From: Escherichia phage KW1E_UTAR
Length of the DNA: 45,161 nucleotides
Sequence record: MZ506873
Strand: one strand, 5' to 3'
Position 1 is the first letter of the stretch, and each line of letters opens with the position of its first letter. Below, piece after piece: positions 8,644 through 16,633 of this stretch. Below the pieces are notes generated by a model that was not told the DNA's origin, ran no database searches, and saw nothing but the letters and a program-made list of their open reading frames with translations. Position numbers and translations under genes: made by a program.

Positions 8644-8671
8644 ATATTACAGGAAGCGAATATTACGTCAA
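8644..8671 (-). promoter_or_regulatory. sigma70-like promoter (TTGACG-N16-TAATAT) on the minus strand
   Basis: Minus strand reads TTGACGtaatattcgcttcctgTAATAT, upstream of the 7822..8592 gene. Confidence 0.4.
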
Positions 8672-9000
8672 GAAGATATTTCGACTTTAATCGCAAAAAC
8701 TTCAACCGGGTCCGGCCCGAAGTGAGGATGTGTGATGGTCTTCACAGTGTAGCCACGGTAAGCGACATCGATCCGGCGACTGGCATCACCGCGCGGCGGG
8801 TAGCCCAGCGTAATGACCAGGCGGTCATATTTCCGACCCTCCAGGCGCTTCCTCCAGTACGGCGTGACAAGGCGATACTCTTCCACCTTCTCACCGCTTA
8901 CCATCTGGTCGAAGTAGACCTTCTTCACTGCTAACTGAAGCGTTACCATAGCCGTTTCACTCCTTCCTTCGCCATTTGCCATTCCATGTGATTGGCGCAC
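8668..9000 (-). CDS. ASCH/DUF3850-like domain protein (tentative)
   Basis: LAVKKVYFDQMVSGEKVEEYRL...VITLGY pattern resembles ASCH-type PUA-like domains; start may be the internal ATG at 8948. Confidence 0.45.
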   Translation of the reverse strand: MRQSHGMANGEGRSETAMVTLQLAVKKVYFDQMVSGEKVEEYRLVTPYWRKRLEGRKYDRLVITLGYPPRGDASRRIDVAYRGYTVKTITHPHFGPDPVEVFAIKVEISS

Positions 9001-9311
9001 TCTTCCATACAGAACTCTTCGATTAGGTCGTCGTCACCTTCGCTGTCGATGCGCATAAGCGCGTGTTCTGGAAGCATACCCCATCCGCTGCCGCTCTTTA
9101 TTTTGTCGCCGCTCGGATGCCTGGCGTTAAGGTCGCCAATCACCAACCAGGAAAAAGCCCCGTCTGTTCTCTTTGGCTTGAACTGGTACACTCCGCCGTC
9201 CGGCGCTTCGACAAGGCTGTCCTTATCGTGCCGACTCTGACAGCGCACCGTCTTGCCTGTGTGTGGTCCTTTGATGACCATCGCAAGGCATCCTGGGACT
9301 AATGGTTTCAT
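8943..9311 (-). CDS. hypothetical protein
   Basis: 122-aa ORF, operon context. Confidence 0.45.
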   Translation of the reverse strand: MKPLVPGCLAMVIKGPHTGKTVRCQSRHDKDSLVEAPDGGVYQFKPKRTDGAFSWLVIGDLNARHPSGDKIKSGSGWGMLPEHALMRIDSEGDDDLIEEFCMEECANHMEWQMAKEGVKRLW

Positions 9312-9346
9312 GTTGGTCCTTATGGCCCCATCTGGGCCGTGGTGGG

Positions 9347-10774
9347 TTATTCGTCTAACAGTGGATTGTTAGCCATTATCTTATAGTCGATGTACATCTG
9401 AACGGCGTTTTCGCCACGCCCTTCGGTCCGCTCAACGATGTGGTGGGCCTTGACCAGCGCGGACAGCGCGCTAATGACAGACCCGCGTGGCATCCCGGTG
9501 ATCTCCGTCACCATGCGGCGCGCTGCTGATACAGATTCGCGGCCCTTCAGTTCGGCGCAGAACACGCGATACACCTCTTTCTGGTTATCGGTCCAGCGGT
9601 GACGGGTTCGACGCTCTTCCGGCGTTTCCTGCTTCTCTTCCTTCTGACCGACCACTTCGGCGGAGTTATCCAGGATGTACGTCATGAACGGTGATTTGTT
9701 CACTCCGGGGATCTCCGTCGGCATGTCTTCCAGCTTGATCGTGAACTGGGATTCGTACTCGTCAAGCAACGCCTTCTCTTCGGCCTTCGGGACCGACAGC
9801 GTCGGGCGACCACACAGTCGAAGCGTGGCATTGAACCCGCCGCCGCGCTGCTTGTCCGGGGTCAACATGACACCGTCGCCGTCCTTCTCACGGCGAAGAG
9901 ACCACGTCTTCCACATCGCGCCCTTCGCCGCGCCACCGCCTCGCGAATCCATCTTGCCGTCACCGGACAGGCTGGCCTTCGTCGGGTGGGACAGGAAAAG
10001 CCCGGCAGCCCCGATCGATTTGCAGAACAGCAGAGAGTTCACGCTAATGGCTTGCTGGTCATCGTTGCTGTTCTCTTCCAGCGACGAACCGTTCGACCGG
10101 ATGCAATGGGTCATGAGCGCGGCCTTAGTGTCGAACACCACCAGCTTGATCGGCTCACCAGCGGCCCAGTCATACAGCGTATTGATGTGGTTCGTCAGCG
10201 CTTCGCCTGGGCGGATGCCTTCCTTCGTCTTAACGAACGCCATAAGGTTCGGGAAGTTCGCAGTCACATAGACGCGGTCCTGAAGCTGGACGTCTTCAGC
10301 CAGTTCGATAGCGCGCAGCATAGCGCGGAATCCTTCCGGGTCCTCTGAATACACCACGACCCGCCCAGGCACCACGCGGAACGCTCCGAGGAAGTGACCT
10401 ATCTGTGTGTCGGCGATGCAAGCGGCGAGGCGCGCCACCACTGTCGACTTCCCTGTCCCTGGCCCGGCGACCAGCTCATTGATGGTGTTCGAATACAGCA
10501 TGTGCTCCACCACGACGTCGGGGACGCGGCGATCGGACACCTTCTTCTTCGTCCCGGTCAGTAGGTCCAGCTTGCGCTGAAGGTCGGGAACAGAATCGTT
10601 CTCTTTGGCGTGGAACGCGTCCATGTCCCGATAGACTTCGGCCCACTCTTCCGGCGTCAGTTCGACCTGAAAATCGTCGTCTGTCTCACTTGTCGGAACG
10701 ACCATTTCGACAGGCATGTTCTGGTTGTCTTGCGACGTCGGTTCGACACCGCCGCCATTCTCTAAGTTATCCAC
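9347..10774 (-). CDS. AAA/RecA-like ATPase with C-terminal winged-helix domain (possible replication initiator, helicase or regulator)
   Basis: Walker A GPGTGKST, Walker B-like LVVFDT, C-terminal HTH-like segment; GTG start with AGAGGG upstream. Confidence 0.7.
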   Translation of the reverse strand: MDNLENGGGVEPTSQDNQNMPVEMVVPTSETDDDFQVELTPEEWAEVYRDMDAFHAKENDSVPDLQRKLDLLTGTKKKVSDRRVPDVVVEHMLYSNTINELVAGPGTGKSTVVARLAACIADTQIGHFLGAFRVVPGRVVVYSEDPEGFRAMLRAIELAEDVQLQDRVYVTANFPNLMAFVKTKEGIRPGEALTNHINTLYDWAAGEPIKLVVFDTKAALMTHCIRSNGSSLEENSNDDQQAISVNSLLFCKSIGAAGLFLSHPTKASLSGDGKMDSRGGGAAKGAMWKTWSLRREKDGDGVMLTPDKQRGGGFNATLRLCGRPTLSVPKAEEKALLDEYESQFTIKLEDMPTEIPGVNKSPFMTYILDNSAEVVGQKEEKQETPEERRTRHRWTDNQKEVYRVFCAELKGRESVSAARRMVTEITGMPRGSVISALSALVKAHHIVERTEGRGENAVQMYIDYKIMANNPLLDE

Positions 10775-10825
10775 AGATTTTGACCCTCTCTTGACTGAAC
10801 ATTTTGTCGCGACTGTCTCGCTTTC

Positions 10826-11121
10826 TTAAGACAATACAGCATAGACGCGGCGCGCGCAACGTTCCGACGTCTAAAACATGCATATTACGACCTCACTATC
10901 AGTATGTTGTTTAACCACAGTAAGACAAAAATCCCAAAAGTGGCCCGATATCAATGACTTACGCGTGTCTTAACTTTCCGCCCCCTAATAAATAAAAACA
11001 AGTAAGACAAAACACCTCACGCGTACACTTAACTACTATATATTCCACCCTTGAGGGGTGGATATATATTAGTAGTGTGTAATAAGTGCATCTTGAGGAA
11101 AACAGACAGTCTTGTCTTAAC
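10826..11121. repeat. Cluster of five TAAGACA/TGTCTTA iteron-like repeats in an AT-rich divergent intergenic region
   Basis: TAAGACA at 10827, 10921, 11003; reverse complement at 10966, 11113; palindrome CCACCCttgagGGGTGG at 11045-11061. Confidence 0.6.
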
Positions 11122-11152
11122 TGTTCGACAAAGTAGAATCATACCTCAGTCG

Positions 11153-11161
11153 TGATATAAT
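11153..11161 (+). promoter_or_regulatory. extended -10 promoter element (TGaTATAAT)
   Basis: Perfect TATAAT at 11156-11161 preceded by TG at 11153-11154; about 22 nt upstream of the ATG at 11184. Confidence 0.4.
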
Positions 11162-11183
11162 GAACGCCACAGGAGGACGCAAC

Positions 11184-11696
11184 ATGTCAGACGAAATTAA
11201 ACACGTAACGAAGCGCGGAGTCGGAAGGCAGTTAACCTACACTGACGACGTGCCTGAACGCCTCACAGACTTCTTCGACCGTGATGTGGATGAATTCATC
11301 GTCCATAACTTCACGACCGCTGAGAAGTCGAACTATCGCGTCAAGCCCATCCCTACACTGGCAGGGTTCTGTCGCGAACTGGGTATCGCACCGTCAACGC
11401 TGCACAGATGGATGTCCGTCGAATCGCAACTGACACAGGAGCAGCGCGATGAATTGTGCAATGCTTACTCACGCGCCCGCACGCTACAGGAAAATATCGT
11501 CACCCAGATCGGCATGATGACTAATGGCACGTTCGCCGCTTTCATGCTGAAATGTAACTTCGGATGGCGTGACAACACGGAAGTGAAGACCGACGAGAAC
11601 GTGAAGCCTATCCGTGTCAAGATCGTCAGCGAACGACCTGTCGATGTAGACATCCAGACCACAGAACAGAAACCGATCGAGTGGGGTGATGACTGA
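11184..11696 (+). CDS. terminase small subunit-like HTH protein (tentative)
   Basis: VKPIPTLAGFCRELGIAPSTLHRWM HTH pattern resembles TerS families; start ATG 11184 with AGGAGG 7 nt upstream. Confidence 0.5.
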   Translation: MSDEIKHVTKRGVGRQLTYTDDVPERLTDFFDRDVDEFIVHNFTTAEKSNYRVKPIPTLAGFCRELGIAPSTLHRWMSVESQLTQEQRDELCNAYSRARTLQENIVTQIGMMTNGTFAAFMLKCNFGWRDNTEVKTDENVKPIRVKIVSERPVDVDIQTTEQKPIEWGDD

Positions 11697-11788
11697 TGCG
11701 CTGGCTTAAGATGGCGTTCATGCTGTGGTCAGGCTTCGCTACCGGGTTCACATTACGCATACTAATCAACTGGGGATTCAACCTATGA
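11696..11788 (+). CDS. 30-aa hydrophobic micro-protein (MRWLKMAFMLWSGFATGFTLRILINWGFNL)
   Basis: Not in ORF track (under 60 aa); ATGA overlaps with both flanking genes imply translational coupling. Confidence 0.35.
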   Translation: MRWLKMAFMLWSGFATGFTLRILINWGFNL

Positions 11789-12240
11789 CCACCGCAAAGA
11801 AGTTAACCAAAGCACAGAAGGCTGACCTGGCTGTCAGCGAAACGAAGGCACTGTCCGGTCATCACGTAGCCCTGGCTGGCGGTACGCTGATCGGAGCTTC
11901 GATCTCTGTCGATCCAGACGCGCAGATCAAGTCCGAGATCCTTAACGGGATCGACCAGGCGCAGCAGCGCGCGACCGAAGAGTTCGAAGCGGAAGTTCTC
12001 CACATCCTGGAAGGCGTCAGTCGTGGGGCGGTAGCCACCATCACCGGGGACCTGAAGCGCGGCTTCCTCCGTGACCGCCACAACAATGACCATCCGAACA
12101 AGCTGGTCGTGGCGCTGGTGGAACACGGCCTTCTCGATCCTGGCTGGTATCGCGGCGTCATGATCCCCACATCGATCTACCATCTGCGCATCACCGATGC
12201 CGGGCGCGACTACCTGGCTGGCGTGAAGGCTGACGGCTGA
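11785..12240 (+). CDS. hypothetical protein
   Basis: ORF-track frame 11725..12240; start chosen at ATG 11785 overlapping the micro-ORF stop. Confidence 0.5.
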   Translation: MTTAKKLTKAQKADLAVSETKALSGHHVALAGGTLIGASISVDPDAQIKSEILNGIDQAQQRATEEFEAEVLHILEGVSRGAVATITGDLKRGFLRDRHNNDHPNKLVVALVEHGLLDPGWYRGVMIPTSIYHLRITDAGRDYLAGVKADG

Positions 12241-12260
12241 CGCGACGCGAGAAGAAAACA

Positions 12261-12284
12261 GGCTGCCTCTGGGTGGCCTTTTTT
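12261..12284 (+). terminator. terminator candidate
   Basis: GGCTGCC-tctg-GGTGGCC stem with two G-U pairs followed by TTTTTT. Confidence 0.45.
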
Positions 12285-12322
12285 GCGCCTGAAATATATT
12301 ACGCGAAAGTAATCGATAGTGC

Positions 12323-12351
12323 TTGCAGTGGTGATAGCTATGTCGTAATAT
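12323..12351 (+). promoter_or_regulatory. sigma70-like promoter (TTGCAG-N17-TAATAT)
   Basis: Hexamers and 17-nt spacer read directly; upstream of the gene at 12389. Confidence 0.5.
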
Positions 12352-12388
12352 GTATTCAACGAAACGAAACAACCAAAGGAAAACGAAA

Positions 12389-12655
12389 ATGACCACAGCA
12401 GAACGCATTGCCAAAGTTTGGAACGCAAGCCGTAACGAAGACCTGAACGCTATCGCAGCGCTGGAAATCGTCATCAACACTTCGTTCGGCGCTGGCAAGT
12501 CAAGCCTGTCAGACATCGCACGAATCAGCATTCACAACATGGAAGTGACCTATCTGGACGGCTCCATCCTGACCGTTCTGGACCATTCAGCGGCGTGTGA
12601 AGTTGGGCTTACTGAATTCAGCTACGCATTCAAGGCGCAGGCTAAAGCCTGTTAA
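12389..12655 (+). CDS. hypothetical protein
   Basis: ORF-track frame 12350..12655; start chosen at ATG 12389 after AAAGGAAAA. Confidence 0.5.
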   Translation: MTTAERIAKVWNASRNEDLNAIAALEIVINTSFGAGKSSLSDIARISIHNMEVTYLDGSILTVLDHSAACEVGLTEFSYAFKAQAKAC

Positions 12656-12696
12656 TCACCACCCGGCCCTTCGGGGCCACTACTGAGGGCATCAAT

Positions 12697-12960
12697 ATGA
12701 CCACTATCGCGCAAGCTATAGACCGCGCCACTGACGAAGGCGTCACCGTTTACAACGACGTCATGATCCCGTCAAAGAAGGGCCACGCCCCTGACACTCT
12801 GACCTTCATAGTTCGCAAGGGTAACAAGTCAGTCATGTGCACCCGACAGAAGGGGACGCTGAACGTCTGGACCATCACTGGCTTCGGCATCACTCCGCGC
12901 ACTCACACCGGGCGCGGGTTCACCATCATGGTCGCTATCGATCTGGTTCTGGGGGTCTGA
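12697..12960 (+). CDS. hypothetical protein
   Basis: 87-aa ORF with GAGGG upstream. Confidence 0.5.
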   Translation: MTTIAQAIDRATDEGVTVYNDVMIPSKKGHAPDTLTFIVRKGNKSVMCTRQKGTLNVWTITGFGITPRTHTGRGFTIMVAIDLVLGV

Positions 12961-12961
12961 C

Positions 12962-13288
12962 ATGTTTAAATTACTGAAATGCAAGATCGACGCAGAGCGG
13001 GCGCTTGTGTCCGCCGCTATCACCGACGCGCTGGAAGCTGTACGCGAAGCCGAAGCGCAGGGCATCACCGTAACCGAAGCCAGCCCGGTAGACTGTGGCT
13101 TCGACTACGTGGTCCTTGAGTTCTTCGTGTACGGATGCAAGCCAGGCGGGAACCGTCGCCGACTGGGTGCGATTCAGGACCGCCCCGGCTCCATGCTGTG
13201 GCGCATCCACGGACGTCAGGGAGCCTACTCACTGGCAGACATCATCCGCCGCATGACGAACGGCATCATCGAAGGGTCAGCACTATGA
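12962..13288 (+). CDS. hypothetical protein
   Basis: 108-aa ORF tightly packed after the previous gene. Confidence 0.5.
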   Translation: MFKLLKCKIDAERALVSAAITDALEAVREAEAQGITVTEASPVDCGFDYVVLEFFVYGCKPGGNRRRLGAIQDRPGSMLWRIHGRQGAYSLADIIRRMTNGIIEGSAL

Positions 13289-13521
13289 ACACAGTACAGG
13301 CGAAGTCATTAGCGAAAAGCAAACAGATGGAGGTTACGGCAGACCACACCCTGAACGGGAAGACATACTTCGTGGTGATTGATACCACCAATGACGAGGC
13401 GGTGATTGTAAACCGAGCCAGTCGCGTATGGTGGCGGCCTGAAGGGGCTATCGCTAACCATCTTCGTGGGGTGGCTATCGAAGTGGCTGTTTGCTCGTTA
13501 TTATGCCGCCGTAATAAATAA
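13285..13521 (+). CDS. hypothetical protein
   Basis: Start ATG 13285 in ATGA overlap with upstream stop (ORF-track frame 13135..13521). Confidence 0.45.
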   Translation: MNTVQAKSLAKSKQMEVTADHTLNGKTYFVVIDTTNDEAVIVNRASRVWWRPEGAIANHLRGVAIEVAVCSLLCRRNK

Positions 13522-13524
13522 TCC

Positions 13525-13552
13525 TTGACGCGTCATTCGTGGCGCGTAATAC
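13525..13552 (+). promoter_or_regulatory. sigma70-like promoter (TTGACG-N16-TAATAC), copy A of a duplicated 42-bp element
   Basis: Shares an identical 21-mer and ATTCGTGG spacer core with the element at 20806-20847. Confidence 0.5.
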
Positions 13553-13582
13553 TGTCCAGACACCAACCAATGAGGCCACAAC

Positions 13583-13915
13583 ATGATAAGCATGACCAAA
13601 ATTAAGCTTAACAACCACAATGGATACTCTTCTCTGAAGGACTACCCGTTCCCGGTTGTCGTGAAAGTGATCAACGAGCGAAGCGCAGCGTATTGCATCA
13701 ACGATGACGGCGGACTGATTGAAGTGTCATGTGACGAACTCGTCAAGGCAGCGCCTGAATGGGATGCTCCTTCATGGTTCGAAGGCGAGACAATCCACTT
13801 TTCACGAGGTGGCTGGTTCGATCCTGGAGAGAGGGCAGGCTGGAGTCCGATCGACGACAACCCGTTCGCGCACTGGAACGCCCTGAAGTCATCCCGTCCC
13901 GTGGGTGCGCTATGA
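13583..13915 (+). CDS. hypothetical protein
   Basis: 110-aa ORF with TGAGG upstream. Confidence 0.5.
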   Translation: MISMTKIKLNNHNGYSSLKDYPFPVVVKVINERSAAYCINDDGGLIEVSCDELVKAAPEWDAPSWFEGETIHFSRGGWFDPGERAGWSPIDDNPFAHWNALKSSRPVGAL

Positions 13916-14100
13916 GAAGAGTACGTGTCGCAAACTGCCCGGAGTGCGGGCAGATTGTACCGCTTGATCGGGCTAAGCCTCGCACGCGTCGCGATGGTCA
14001 GGTCCTCATTCAGCGCCTGGCGTTCACCGCGTGCGTCAACTGCTACCGCGTATTCAACAATGACAATGTTGAATCGTGGCTGACTAAACTGGGGGAATAG
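13912..14100 (+). CDS. small zinc-ribbon protein (CxxC...CxxC)
   Basis: MRRVRVANCPECGQ...CVNCYRVF; ATGA overlap with upstream gene. Confidence 0.45.
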   Translation: MRRVRVANCPECGQIVPLDRAKPRTRRDGQVLIQRLAFTACVNCYRVFNNDNVESWLTKLGE

Positions 14101-14370
14101 ATGATTCGAAAATCCGTATTAGACGACATGGACACAGACGCGGCGCTTCAGGCGCTGCTGTCACTGTCTGAGCGAAAGGCTATCAGTCAGACTGACCTGG
14201 CTGAAGGCGTGAAGCACATCATGCGCCGGGCGGCGTTCAGCGTCTTCCAGCTTCATCGCCTACAGTCCGGGCTGGACATGCCTGACGTCATGCCGTCATC
14301 GATCGAACTGGTCATCAAAGACCTGGCGCTTAACCAGGCAATCAAAAACCTGAATGAGTTACACCAATGA
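14101..14370 (+). CDS. hypothetical protein
   Basis: 89-aa ORF starting 1 nt after the upstream stop. Confidence 0.45.
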   Translation: MIRKSVLDDMDTDAALQALLSLSERKAISQTDLAEGVKHIMRRAAFSVFQLHRLQSGLDMPDVMPSSIELVIKDLALNQAIKNLNELHQ

Positions 14371-14873
14371 AGAAGCACCTGTCCGAAGCATTAACCAAAC
14401 TAGTTAGCGGGTACGAATGCCGCACCTATGGCAGCATCAAAGCGGAAGCTGTAGCGCTTGAGCAGTTAAAGATCGACCTTCACGGTCAGCTTAAGTTCTG
14501 CTATCACCATCTTACAGCGGACGCTCGCGGGTTCATCGATCGGGCCGGGAGCGCAAGCACCATGCATTACGCGTTAACGTGTATCACTGCCGCCGCTGCC
14601 GGACTGCTGACGTCTTACGAGATCGACAGGCAGATGAACGAGTCCATCATGTCGAACGTGACAGCGCAGGTGGACAGCCTGGCGATGAAGGCCACGACCA
14701 GACACGTCGGCCTACTGGATGGGCTGGCACAGCTTCAGCGCTACGACATCGAAGAGAAGAGCGGGAACCCGTTCGCCTCATACCGTTGCATTGAGGAAGA
14801 CGAGTTCGGCGACTATCTGAAGCGGGAAGATGTGATTCGTCTTCTGGGCGGGAACCCTGAAGAGTACCCGTAA
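14367..14873 (+). CDS. hypothetical protein
   Basis: 168-aa ORF, ATGA overlap. Confidence 0.5.
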   Translation: MKKHLSEALTKLVSGYECRTYGSIKAEAVALEQLKIDLHGQLKFCYHHLTADARGFIDRAGSASTMHYALTCITAAAAGLLTSYEIDRQMNESIMSNVTAQVDSLAMKATTRHVGLLDGLAQLQRYDIEEKSGNPFASYRCIEEDEFGDYLKREDVIRLLGGNPEEYP

Positions 14874-14940
14874 AATAATACTTGCGCCGGGCGTAATAGT
14901 CCGGCATTATTACGACTCACACAACAAAGGAGTGAATGAC

Positions 14941-15237
14941 ATGGCAAGAACGAAGGCTTTATCCGTACTCACGAACGCGCAGGTCTACACGTTGCGCCGC
15001 CTGGCCTCTGGTCGGTCGTACATGTGTCAGGGCAACGGGAAGCGAGCATTCGAGCGCCGCAAGGAATACCGCGTAGGCTTCGACGATGTGAACGCGCCGT
15101 CAATCCCGCCACTGATTCGGAAGGGACTCGCCAGGATTGACCCGCGCTACACCAACCCGAACCCGACCAGCTATTACCCGGTAGTTCTGACCGTGGAAGG
15201 CGTCAAGGCAGCAAAAGAGGCGGTGATTAATGATTAA
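14941..15237 (+). CDS. hypothetical protein
   Basis: ORF-track frame 14932..15237; start chosen at ATG 14941 after AGGAG. Confidence 0.5.
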   Translation: MARTKALSVLTNAQVYTLRRLASGRSYMCQGNGKRAFERRKEYRVGFDDVNAPSIPPLIRKGLARIDPRYTNPNPTSYYPVVLTVEGVKAAKEAVIND

Positions 15238-15949
15238 GCGCATGGTCATCTGGTCACTGTTCGACGGCTCCGGCTACGCGGTGAAGGACTACGCTGAAGC
15301 GGGCCACATCTGCTTTTGTGTCAACGCGGACGATGCCGACCACGGCGACTACACCAACCTGAACGCCAGGATCGAACACCACAACATTCACTACGTGAAC
15401 CGCTGGATCGACAAGGAGTTCTTTGACGACGCGGTCGCCGGGCTTATCCCTGAACTGGGTAAGCCGGACCTTATCCTTGCGTTTCCTCCGTGTACTGACC
15501 TGGCGAACAGCGGGTCACGATCATGGGCGAAGAAGCGCGAAGCGAACCCTGACTTCCAGATCGAGGCGGCACTGACTGCCCGAATCGCTGCCAATCTGGG
15601 GAATTACTTCCAGGTTCCGTGGATGGTAGAGAACCCGGCTGGCATGTTAAGCACTCTCTGGCGCAAGCCGGACGTGTACGTCGAGCCGTGGCACTTTGGG
15701 CGCTACCTGCCTGAAGGCGATGTCCATCCACACTTCCCGGAGTACATCAAAGCGCGCGACGCGTACCCGAAGAAGACGGGCCTTTGGTTCGGTCAGGGGT
15801 TCGTCATGCCACTGGCGAAGCCTGTCCCTATCGGTAAGGGGCTGTCCACTCAGTACAAGAAGTTAGGCGGCAAGTCCACGAAGACGAAGGTTATCCGTTC
15901 ACTCACTCCGCGCGGACTGGCGCGGGCAATCTATGAGGCAAACAAGTGA
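15230..15949 (+). CDS. DNA cytosine-5 methyltransferase-like protein, short and non-canonical
   Basis: Motif I-like LFDGSGY, motif IV-like DLILAFPPCTD (PPC-T instead of PCQ), motif VI-like ENP; 239 aa, no room for a typical target-recognition domain. Confidence 0.5.
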   Translation: MIKRMVIWSLFDGSGYAVKDYAEAGHICFCVNADDADHGDYTNLNARIEHHNIHYVNRWIDKEFFDDAVAGLIPELGKPDLILAFPPCTDLANSGSRSWAKKREANPDFQIEAALTARIAANLGNYFQVPWMVENPAGMLSTLWRKPDVYVEPWHFGRYLPEGDVHPHFPEYIKARDAYPKKTGLWFGQGFVMPLAKPVPIGKGLSTQYKKLGGKSTKTKVIRSLTPRGLARAIYEANK

Positions 15950-16299
15950 AGAAGATCGTCATCGCGCTATCACTGGCGCTGTTAACGTCAACGGCAGCGA
16001 ACGCCGTGGTAATCACTAAACCGCGCGACTACACGCCGGAAAACTCCGGCGCTCTGAACGCGCAAGCAGTAAACATCACTCCGGGGAAGAAGATCGGCTT
16101 CGTCACCTGTGGAGGGAATAACTTCGGCGGCGCTGGCTCGCTGGGGTGCAAGGACTACCAGGCCAAAGACAAACCCACTATTCCGTGGACCGCTTACCCT
16201 GGCTATAGACTGGGCGCAGCTATTCCGGCATCATATCGCGTGACCGGAATCAGCTTCGACAGTTACAACCATTCCGCAACTATCTACTTTGAATATTAA
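15946..16299 (+). CDS. secreted/periplasmic protein with cleavable signal peptide
   Basis: MKKIVIALSLALLTSTAANA signal peptide, two Cys in mature part; GTG start overlapping upstream stop. Confidence 0.55.
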   Translation: MKKIVIALSLALLTSTAANAVVITKPRDYTPENSGALNAQAVNITPGKKIGFVTCGGNNFGGAGSLGCKDYQAKDKPTIPWTAYPGYRLGAAIPASYRVTGISFDSYNHSATIYFEY

Positions 16300-16307
16300 G
16301 GGGCATC

Positions 16308-16514
16308 ATGTTAACGATTATTCTGTGGGTTCTCGGCGCTGTACTCACCTGGCGACTGTGTAGTCGCGACAGCACCACGCCGGAAGGCATCATGAAGTTC
16401 GCGCTGGGAATCCCTGAGCGAATCGCGGCTTCGGCGTTCTGGCCTGTCTGTGCTGCATACGTACTCTATGACGCGGTCATGGAGTGGATCGAAGAACGAC
16501 GCAATCGCCCGTAA
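16308..16514 (+). CDS. small membrane protein
   Basis: 68 aa, hydrophobic N-terminus MLTIILWVLGAVLTW. Confidence 0.45.
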   Translation: MLTIILWVLGAVLTWRLCSRDSTTPEGIMKFALGIPERIAASAFWPVCAAYVLYDAVMEWIEERRNRP

Positions 16515-16633
16515 TGGCGAAGCTGAAGTCCTGGGCGGTCAGGCATAAGTCGGGCCGCATATTGTTCATCACCAACAGCAAGCGGACCGCAATGAACCGC
16601 CTGTCGATGGGCTGGAAGGTAACGAGACAATGA
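16514..16633 (+). CDS. 39-aa basic micro-protein (tentative)
   Basis: Hand-translated MAKLKSWAVRHKSGRILFITNSKRTAMNRLSMGWKVTRQ; coupled by TAATG and ATGA overlaps. Confidence 0.3.
   Translation: MAKLKSWAVRHKSGRILFITNSKRTAMNRLSMGWKVTRQ

Noticed and set aside
8605-8934. Plus-strand 109-aa ORF opposite the ASCH-like gene
   Set aside because: The block 5176-10774 is uniformly leftward with a minus-strand promoter at 8644-8671; the plus frame has no RBS or recognisable motif.
9675-10348. Plus-strand ORFs (198 and 120 aa) inside the AAA ATPase gene
   Set aside because: Antisense to a gene with Walker A/B motifs; no start context.
11803-12531. Minus-strand 242-aa ORF spanning several plus-strand early genes
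   Set aside because: It crosses a plus-strand terminator and promoter and overlaps two RBS-supported plus-strand genes; the rightward gene set is the consistent one.
12664-12677. GGCCC-ttcg-GGGCC hairpin as a terminator
   Set aside because: No U-tract follows (ACTACTGAGG); more likely an RNA stability element or coincidence.
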